64,000 nt of DNA from NCBI GenBank assembly GCA_951406725.2, contig OX597826.1, forward strand, positions 75,454,001 to 75,518,000, in the 5' to 3' direction. Origin of the DNA: Octopus vulgaris. Lineage: Eukaryota. The position numbers and the translations under genes were made by a program. Shown one piece after another: positions 55,061 through 64,000 of the stretch (position 1 is the stretch's first letter; each line of letters opens with the position of its first letter). Below the pieces are notes generated by a model. The model did not search any database and was not told the DNA's origin. It worked only from the letters and a program-made list of their open reading frames with translations.

Positions 55061-55644
55061 CTGAAATATAAAAAGAAAGTAAATACATTTTACTTCAATA
55101 TAGATAGAGATATATATCTATATATCACACTGGTGTATAAATATGAGGATATATCTACATTACAATTATAAGTCCAATTATAAGCCCAACACAATTATAA
55201 TGTCATAAAGCTTGATACAACGACATTGCATGTATATGGTAATCAGCTAAATCTATTGTTTAGAGACGCCAAATTAAAAAAAATATAAAACAGTGTTCGT
55301 CTCGTTGTCAAGTGATAGAATGCGGCCTGCAAAAGATGCAGCTAGCATTGCACACAACATATAAACAACCCACAACTTATTTTGATACAAACCTTAGAAG
55401 TTTTAATTATTTTTAAATGTAATTCTTTCATGTTATTAATGTTTAGCAGGATTTCGAACCTGATGGATTAATCGAAAGCATTTCATCCATAGACATCCCA
55501 TCGTTTAAGGTATGATCAAGTGTATATGTAATTTATGGATAGCAAATAGTATATACGAATGATTGGGATGTTCTGTAGGAGAGAGAAAATGAAACTGTAA
55601 CGGCATGCGAAGTCCTTCTACAAGCTATCAGATATTATACCTAC

Positions 55645-55753
55645 CGTACTGATGTTGGAAATATTTCTGCTGTTGTCAGATAAACACCATCAAATGATGC
55701 CGTTGCACCCAACTTCCCAAGAACAGCTAATATCAGTGGAAACCAAAAGTTTC
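55645..55753 (-). CDS. Gene C penultimate exon (TM10)
   Basis: 109 nt; paralog of 13295-13403, GT-AG. Confidence 0.92.
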
Positions 55754-56499
55754 CTGAAAAGAAATTGTAACTGTGAAAATAAGAACGCTCAATTTTTGTA
55801 TTATAACTTGTGCATGTCACATTCCTCTGCAACGTAAAGTGTTCAATAAACGGAGGAGGCGAATTAGCTTGAAGACTAGTAGAAATAATATTTCTGATGC
55901 CTCATGGGCAAACTATGGCCCGCGGGACTTTCTGAATGACACGCCTAACAAAAAATGACTCCGAATCTTTTTACTAGTGTGGCCCACACGATGAGGAGTC
56001 ATTTCTCAAGAGGCCCGCCTCTGGCAATAGAATCTAATAGAATGATTAGGTGACCCCAGTTTTTGGGGAATTATATTACCATCAGCCGAATGAACAGATT
56101 TTCGTGAGAATGATAATTTAGTCTACGAGAAAAGAAACCACCGCAGATACTAGTGTGCTTGAAGGCATCAAGTTTATAGCAAGGAAGTAAATTTTGAAGA
56201 CACAATTGTGCGCTTGTGTTGAAAAGACTACCTCCACTTTTGAGGACGATTTCGACAATGCCGTCTATGCTTGTTATGAAAGATGATCTGAGATTCTCTA
56301 ATCTATTGTCCTTTAGGGATGTAGCTGTAATGTTGTCATGTGCGTACATGGTGCATACAACACAGACAGTTGGCCAAATCTTAAGACAATTAATCAGAAC
56401 GTTTCACGATATTTCTTCCGGTTCTATTCGTTCCCATTTCAAATCCCGCCAATTCTGGAGCGTGAGGACGTCTAACAGTATTTTATGAGGTATTTGTTC

Positions 56500-56745
56500 T
56501 GGCGTTTTATGCCGATACACACAGATAGAGAAATGCCGATACACACAGATAGGGAAATTAAGGCCAACAGACCAGATATAGTTGTCAGAGATCATGAAGA
56601 AAAAAAATGCTTTCTAATTGATGTATCAATACCGGCAGATGACAACGTGTCTCTAAAAGAAATGGCGAAACTTTCAAAATACAAAGACCTGGAAATAGAG
56701 GTAACCAGAATGTGGAATCTAAAAACAGAAACAATTCTTATTGTG
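56500..56745 (+). mobile_element. R4/Dong-like non-LTR restriction-like endonuclease fragment
   Basis: TDREIKANRPDIVVRD...CFLIDVSIP...KLSKYKDLEIE, a PD..D RLE motif. Confidence 0.8.
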
Positions 56746-57162
56746 TGTGTGGCAGACTTGGCACTAGCTGATAGGATGGAATTTTGAGAAAATAACCGAA
56801 GGAACACAACCGACAAAAAATGTAGTCTTGTACTACAATTCCATGATAATTACAAGGTGACAACCTATGAAGTCGCCAGATTTCATCCTTGAGCAAGGGA
56901 ACTCTTTCCTTCATAGATATAGCGATTATGTCCTAGCGCTGCACGTTACCAGAATTCCTGACTCGTGTCTAATAGAACAAACCATTCCAAATTTGAGTTA
57001 TGGCATCCGTGTGAATGTAGTCGGGACGGCTATCTTGCGCTGGTATAATATCACATAATGTATAATAAGGAAGCCATAACAATTAATGAAAATTCGATTT
57101 CGTGGAGTGTTGGCGATTTTTTACTCCGTCTTCTTTTTCGCTTGGACTTCCCCTTGTCTCCT

Positions 57163-57197
57163 GTTTCTGAAGAAGAGCTTTGCTCGAAACGTAAAAC
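57163..57197 (+). ncRNA. Very short hammerhead-like motif
   Basis: gttt CTGAAGA a gagc-ttt-gctc GAAAC GTA aaac; stem III is reduced to the ACGT palindrome. Confidence 0.5.
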
Positions 57198-57872
57198 ACC
57201 CTTTCTTTCTTTCCCTGAGCGTGTTTTAATTCTTTGCATGTACCACACTCTCGAATTGTTGTCTTTTTCTTCGTTTTCTTTATGTATATATATATATATA
57301 TATATATATTTAATAATAATAAAATAGGGTAATAAAAAATAAATTATTATTACCCGTGGCCTAGCACAAAAGACGAATTAGACATTAGACTATATATTAT
57401 TCATATAGAAATACAATAAAAGGCTTCCAAATAAGGAAGCGTTGTGCTAGACACACAAAAAGGGATAAATTCATGGAAGGAATGAAAATTAAAAACATTT
57501 ACCATCTCAGCTATATCCAAGACCGAACGGTTTCTACCTATTTTTAGCAAACAAACAGAATGTATTTGCCAAGACAAGGTTCTTCAGTGAATTTATCCCT
57601 TTTTGTGTTTGTAGCACAACGCTTCCTTATTTGGAAGCCTTTAATTGTATTTATATATGTATATATATATATATAAAGTGAGTTTGCAGGGGTACATTAT
57701 CCAAGCGAATACTGTGTGTGCTCTCAGTTCGGTTCCAGTTGTCTGTTAACACAACGGTCCGTATTCTTTGACCCTGCTTACAATAAGTTGTTAGATATTG
57801 ATAAATTTTCTCGTTCGGTAATTCTGTGTGTTCTACGTACGACTGCAAACGCTCTGTAGAGCGTATAATGAT

Positions 57873-57943
<71 letters not shown>

Positions 57944-58016
57944 CAACAACAATAATGGGAATGGTAATCTGACCATCGATAATTGATTTTACAATTATAT
58001 AAACCGTATTAATCAT

Positions 58017-58100
58017 GACCTACACGTGTTTCAACTGCAGTGGCTGTACAGCGTTGCAGATGCAAACTTGCAATAATGACAGTGCAGTTTCATCAGGGTC
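58017..58100 (-). ncRNA. Minimal type I hammerhead ribozyme, sense to gene C pre-mRNA
   Basis: Reverse complement: gacc CTGATGA aactgca...tgcagtt GAAAC acgt GTA ggtc; all three stems pair. Confidence 0.82.
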
Positions 58101-58176
58101 TATACCTTAAGTCGGTTTCGAATTGAACTATTCAAATCTCCATTCTCCTCCTCCTCCTCCTCATTAATATTATTAC

Positions 58177-58247
<71 letters not shown>

Positions 58248-58257
58248 TTGAGTAAGA

Positions 58258-58594
58258 GATAACTGAAGAGATGGCGGCGTGCGTTTCCGCCCTGACATTC
58301 GAAACTCGGAGTTTTATCATGGCTACCGAATAATTGTCACATATTATATTTACAGATAAATTCCTCTATTTACATAACATCGAGGTCTCTGATATGAAAA
58401 ATCCAAGGCTGTGAAGGATTTCAGAACATTTATAAAGAGAAGGTCTTACATATGTTTCCGTGATATTTTATCAATCACTTCATCAGAGAAAGAGTGAGAA
58501 AATGGTTAAGCAATGGTTATTATGGAGAAGATATGAAATACAGAGTGAATTGGAGGAATGAAAATAAACGTGAGATAAGTAAGGATATTGTATC
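58258..58594. repeat. ~335-bp repeat, copy 1: plus-strand hammerhead at 58258-58318, minus-strand hammerhead at 58444-58489
   Basis: Nearly identical to 60582-60916. Minus-strand motif tct CTGATGA agtgat...atcacg GAAAC atat GTA aga. Confidence 0.8.
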
Positions 58595-59549
58595 AAAGTG
58601 ACACTGGGGTAAAATATTCTTTAGTAATATGTAATTGATATGCGAGGTCAGTTGAAGAAAAAGTGTTATGACCCAGTTTCGCTGGTTGGTGCCAGATGGA
58701 CTGGCGAAAGAAGTTATAGGGCTTTGTCTTGTCACCGGTAAGGGAAATTAATGAGGATGGAAAGTACCTCTGACCCTTATCCGGTCAAGCAAAGTTGAGA
58801 AAAAATAAATCTGCCACCCCTTTAAATTGCGGCGAGCTGGGGTTAGTTAGTGAGTTGGCTAGAGGTGCAGTTGGCGTGAGGGTCGATCAGAGATGACAGT
58901 TGGCAAGAGGCGAGAAGGACAGGCAGATAGGATTGAGGACATGTCAAGCGAGAGGAAGTAAGGAAGATTACGGCGAGAAGGCATGAATATTTGTAGTAGG
59001 AGCTGAAATTGTTGCAGACTCGGAATGTGCGGTAATGTTTTTTTATGTTTTCGGTTTATGTTTTCGGTGTTGAAATGTAAAAAGAATTGTGTCAGAAAAA
59101 AAGTGGAAAAGAAAGGAAAAAAGGGGAAAAAAACATTGTGAGTTGTGTTAAAAAGAGAAGGAAAAAAGAAAGAGAAAGACTTTAATTTGGACTGTTTTCG
59201 AACTCTGTATTGTGTTGAACATTAATGTGGATTGTTTTCGGACGTTGTGTATTGTGCATGCATTGATTGTTGTTTTTCTTTTTAACTTTTTACGATTTGT
59301 TAAATGCTTTTCTTTAATGTATCTGCAATGTATTACGTTTTGATTGATGTTGTAACAATTGTATTAACTGTTGTAAATGTAAGCAACTGCCCTCCGCTGT
59401 CTCTCTCTTCCTGTTGTTGTTGTTGTTGTCTCCAGTCACCGGTCTGCGTTCGCTGCCAACTCCACCGCTTTCTGTGGTGGATTTCCGATTTGACTGAGCG
59501 TGGTCGTCGTCGTCGCTCGACTTAGGGTCCGAGTTCGAGTTGAACGACG

Positions 59550-59700
59550 GCAGGTTCGTAACATAATTCTCATGCTCAGCTGGTGCTAACTTTCTCAATA
59601 AAAGTCGGCGTTCTTTTCGTCCCGCCAGTTGGAGCTTCCTTCTTTAAAAATTTCCTCATGCCTTCTAAACTAAGCAGTTCCGCATTGACCGTTTAGTTCC
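59550..59700 (-). mobile_element. Possible Ty3/gypsy gag remnant
   Basis: Frameshifted RRHEEIF...WRDEK..RLLLRKLAPAEHENYV; from memory it resembles invertebrate gypsy gag N-termini. Confidence 0.4.
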
Positions 59701-60406
59701 GTTCAAGTAATTCCTTCCCAGTCCCACCATAAGCTAAGCCGTTCCTTACGCTGCTTCATATTGATGTACAGGCACCATTTTTCGTCCCCACTAACGATTC
59801 GGTAAAGAAATCGTTCCTTGTGTCCATGAGTTGAGCAGGGACGAGCAAGCAAACCACCGGAGATTGTGGCTCGTTGATTTTTGTTGCCACTTAAAACATG
59901 TGGAACCCATGCTCTATACTTCTGAACCTTTCCCATCGAGTGAAGATGCTTCTCTATAGCAGTGTGGGAGCATTCCATTATCTCTGCCAGTTCACCTGTC
60001 ATTTGACGAGAATTTTCGTGCACAAGTTAGTTTAATAGCTCCTCAACAAACTCAACTGGACGGTCAGAACAAGGTGCGTCTTTGAGGTCAAAATTTCTAT
60101 TTTTAAACTTGGCATACCAATCACGAGTGGTTCTTTCACCTATGGCACCCTCTCCATACATAGCACAGATGTCGCGAGCAGCTTTTGCGGCCTTAGAACC
60201 TTGATTAAAAGCAAAAAGAAGGAGGTATCGAAAATGCTCATTTTTCTTAACTTGACATTCCATTTTAATGTTCTGAAAATAAACAAAAGGTAACTAAAAT
60301 TAACTAGAAAAAAAATAGATACCAAAATGATTCAAAAATAGGATTCTCGAAGAAAAAATAGATTACAAAATTAAAAAAAACGGCGGGAACTTAGTTACCA
60401 ACAATA
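59700..60406 (-). mobile_element. Truncated mariner transposon
   Basis: ORFs 60027-60263 and 59703-60023 with WYAKFK..NFDLKDAP..RP, WVPH.L and RIVSGDEKW; TIR at 60380-60406. Confidence 0.88.
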
Positions 60407-60581
60407 TTTATATATATATATATATCTGTAAATATAATATGTGACAATTATTCGGTAGCCATAATAAAACTCCGAGTTTCGGATGTCGAGGCGTAAACCC
60501 ACGCCACCATCTCTTCAGTTATCGGGCCATCGAAAAAGATGCAATGAAAATGACCGTTAAACGCATTTTTTTCGATGGTCC

Positions 60582-60916
60582 GATAACTGAAGAGATGGCG
60601 GCGTGCGTTTCCGTCCCGACATCCGAAACTCGGAGTTTTATCATGGCTACCGAATAATTGTCACATATATTTACAGATAAATTCCTCTATTTACATAACA
60701 TCGAGGTCTCTGATATAAAAAAATCCAAGGCTGTGAAGGATTTCAGAACATTTATAAAGAGAAGGTCTTACATATGTTTCCGTGATATTTTATCAATCCC
60801 TTCATCAGAGAAAGTGTGAGAAAATGGTTAAGCAATGGTTATTATGGAGAAGATATGAAATACAGAGTGAATTGGAGGAATGAAAATAGACGTGAGATAT
60901 GTAAGGATATTGTATC
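60582..60916. repeat. ~335-bp repeat, copy 2: plus-strand hammerhead at 60582-60642, minus-strand hammerhead at 60766-60811; preceded by an inverted partial copy at 60423-60537
   Basis: Direct repeat of 58258-58594. Confidence 0.8.
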
Positions 60917-60979
60917 TGCAGCTCCATTATTTAAGTAGAGTGGTTTACGTATAATTTTCATATATATATATATATATAT

Positions 60980-61233
60980 GCAAGTATAGATGGGCTGGAC
61001 ACGTCGCCCGGCTCACCGATAATCGGTGGACGCACGCAGTTGTCGAGTGGTACCCGCGTGAGCGGAAAAGATCACCCGGAAGACCTCCACGACGGTGGAG
61101 TGACGATTTCAAGAGGATGATTGGGATCACGTGGATGAGAAAGGCGCGATCCAGAGAGGAGTGGACAGCGTGCTGTGACCAGCGGTGTCAAATGGACGCC
61201 TGACGGACTGGTCGGTCAAAGTGATCAAAGTGA
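60980..61233 (+). mobile_element. RTE LINE extreme 3' fragment
   Basis: KYRWAGHVARLTDNRWT..VVEWYPRERKRSPGRPPRRWSDD; short tandem tail (tcaaagtga)2. Confidence 0.82.
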
Positions 61234-61520
61234 TATGCATATATACATACATATATGTGTGTGCGTGTGTGTGTATATATAATAGGCTATGATATGTATA
61301 TGAATATAAGAATTGAATTTATATTATGCAAACATTTATGCAAACAGATAATTTGACATAAGTTTGCTTTTAACTAATAAACTGTCAAACGATGCACTAA
61401 AATAGTAAACAGAGAATTATATAACAATATTAGCTAATGCCATTCATTTGTATGTATCCTTAACATTTATTTATTTAACAATGACCAGTTACAAAATATC
61501 TGATGTAACAAAATTTTTAC

Positions 61521-61735
61521 CTTTTGGTACAAAGTTTGAGACAATACAGTTAATTCCACCAAAAACCATGAAGAAACAAAGCGGCTTACGATGTCCAAAC
61601 CATTTAAAGGTTATACATCCAAGAATATTCGCTGGAATTTCTACTGCTGACATCACCAAGAAATTTACGTAGCGATTGCCAGACATATCAACAGAATTTA
61701 GAGTCACGCCGTAATAAATCATACTGTTGATCAAC
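61521..61735 (-). CDS. Gene C TM7-9 exon; upstream exons lie beyond the right edge
   Basis: 215 nt; paralog of 16916-17130, GT-AG. Confidence 0.92.
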
Positions 61736-61800
61736 CTGTAAAAAAAAGGGTCAGTTTGAAAAATAGTTTGGTAAAGAGATCTTAGCTGATTGTTTAATAA

Positions 61801-62202
61801 TCTTCTTTATATATAAAAGTCAAGTTGTGTGTCTGTCTCCTACGATTTAGATTCCTAACTACTCCCACATTTTGCGGTGCAGTTCAACCAAAACCGGGTA
61901 TCTTATAGTCGTGATTCATATCGAGCCCTTCTGGGTATTAGCGCGCGTCTACGATGAGTCTACGATTTAAAAAAAAATTTACCATCATTTTTTTCCATTT
62001 TAATGCATTTTTTTCGCTATTATATAAGGGAAGTAACTCTCAAAAAATGTCTACGATGAGTCAACGATTTAAAAAAAAATTTACCATAATTTTTTTTCCA
62101 TTTTTAATGCATTTTTTTGCTATTTTTTGGCTATAACTCTTTAAAAATGCTTATATAGTTATTTCCCTTACAAACCCGAGCAACGCCGGGCGATACTGCT
62201 AG
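61801..62202 (+). mobile_element. Non-autonomous Helitron-like element
   Basis: 5' TC, 3' hairpin cccg.gc-aac-gccggg and CTAG. The empty site aataa|ttctttat is visible in the paralogous gene B intron (about 17181-17193), with no target-site duplication. Confidence 0.82.
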
Positions 62203-62463
62203 TTCTTTATAAATAATGAATATATATTTTTTATCATCCATTTTTCAGTCATTAGACTGCGGCCATACTGGGGCATTGCCTTGAATCATTAGTCGGATGG
62301 ATCTCCCCAGGATATATTTCTAAAGCCTTGTGCTTATTCTATCTGTCATTTATGTCGACATGCTAAGTTACAGGGACGTAAACACGCCAACATCGGTTTC
62401 AAGCGATGGTGGGGTGACAAGGACACACACAAACACATACATGCATACATATATAGCCGTAGC

Positions 62464-62748
62464 CACTTGAACATGGCTGTCCATTCGAACGGACACTACA
62501 GCGACTTTTTTAACCCTAAGAGGGAATCTCCTCTAGCTGGTTAGCGATGCAGGGCTGCATCCGAGTTGTCCAGTACCGACGAGTGGCAGAAATAGCCTTG
62601 GTTTGATTGATCTGTCACCAGACGGTGGTAGGGGTTCAGTCCCCTGCTCGCAATTTATCAGATGCAGCCCTGCGTCCTTAACCAGCTAGAAGAGATGTCC
62701 CAAAAAATCACACTAGAGTCCATTCAAACGGATAGCCAGGCTGAAGTG
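62464..62748. mobile_element. Putative foldback/MITE element in a TA tract
   Basis: Imperfect TIRs cacttgaacatggctgtccattcgaacggacacta / tagagtccattcaaacggatagccaggctgaagtg, plus an inner inverted pair ctagctggtta..gcagggctgcatc / gatgcagccctgc..taaccagctag. Confidence 0.6.
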
Positions 62749-62783
62749 TGTATATATACATATATACACATATAAGTGTATGC

Positions 62784-62836
<53 letters not shown>

Positions 62837-62869
62837 TACATATACATATATATATATATACACACACAC

Positions 62870-62958
<89 letters not shown>

Positions 62959-63901
62959 ATGTGTGTGTGTGTGTGTTTGTAGTTTATATAAAACTATACT
63001 GATATATTCACTGCTAATTTAAAAAAATACTGCTGAGATTAGAATTTAAAATTTTATTAATATATAATTAATATGTTCTTTTACCTCAATACTCCTTTGT
63101 TAAAGCCAGTAAATATCATTTAATCAATATTCAAAGATACCATCTGATGATTTAGTATTTAAATATATAATATGTATGGATTCTAAACTATTTCTATATA
63201 ATTTCTTTTCCTCCCTCTATTGTGGTAAAAGTTTGATATATACTCAAAAGTATTCATAAATTTCTATCCTTTTGTTACAATATTCTTCTTAATAATCCTC
63301 TGAATAACCCTAAACTTTATCTGTATACAATATAGCAACATTGTTTTAAAGTATTTCATTATAGTGCTACATGATAAGACTCCCCCTGTTTCATTGTCAA
63401 TAGTCTGCTAGTGGGTGCCCCTTAATTATCAGCTAACATCTTGTTTTAAGTTTTCCCTTACTAAACATCATGACATTGCTTCTAATAAATCTTGATTTTT
63501 ATGGCTATACATCTAGAATGTCTGTCTACTCCCTCAGCCCTACCCTAAACAGATACTGCCCTCTGTTTTCTCTCAGCCTTAAATATATAAGGGATTTGAT
63601 AAACTAGTATATAAATTAAAAATGACCCCATAAAAAATCAGTGACAGGCAGTGTCTTGAAAATTTCAGTTATGGCTATGCAACATGTTCTTTGTCTGTCT
63701 CCTTAACTTGGAGATTTTAGGTATAATTATACTAATGAGTCCCTCTGTTCTAATTTAATTAAATTCTATGTCTTTGTGCAGCTGAAAATTTTTCTACATT
63801 TTAAATTGATGTAATTATTGCATTGTTTAATCAAATGGAGTTGCATGAAATGATCGTAGGCATTACTTCTGGATATCCTTGTTGCTTATTTTGATTATAT
63901 A

Positions 63902-63954
<53 letters not shown>

Positions 63955-64000
63955 TACGTACATACATATATGTACATACACACACACATATATATATGCA

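Noticed and set aside
63000-63890. Possible degenerate retroelement ORF on the minus strand (and an RT-like trace at about 530-780)
   Set aside because: Only faint motif echoes with many stops; not supportable without a homology search.

Overview
AT-rich, microsatellite-dense eukaryotic DNA. It is probably an octopus or other coleoid cephalopod; this is inferred from the tRNA-headed SINEs and the repeat landscape, not proven. The host genes are three tandem minus-strand paralogs of an SLC22 (organic cation/anion/zwitterion, MFS) transporter. Gene A shows only its first two coding exons (6583-1687) and runs off the left edge. Gene B is complete, with 9 coding exons (39228-12472) and a 1677-nt CDS encoding 558 aa. 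Gene C shows its last three exons (61735-54853). Introns and spacers are filled with transposons: Naiad-type Penelope-like elements, RTE, CR1/L2 and R4/Dong LINE remnants, mariner, Tigger, piggyBac, a Ginger-like foldback element, Helitron-like elements and three SINE families. Features the ORF track does not show: (1) about ten hammerhead-ribozyme motifs, including a ~335-bp repeat carrying a hammerhead on each strand and present twice 2.3 kb apart in an intron; (2) many long fold-back palindromes; (3) a Naiad ORF lacking its linker zinc finger; (4) an RTE tail with three C2H2 fingers; (5) a probable GC-AG intron; (6) patchy B/C identity with amino-acid changes in putative substrate-pocket helices. 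Most short ORFs in the track are microsatellite artefacts. All of this was read by eye; no searches or folding programs were run.
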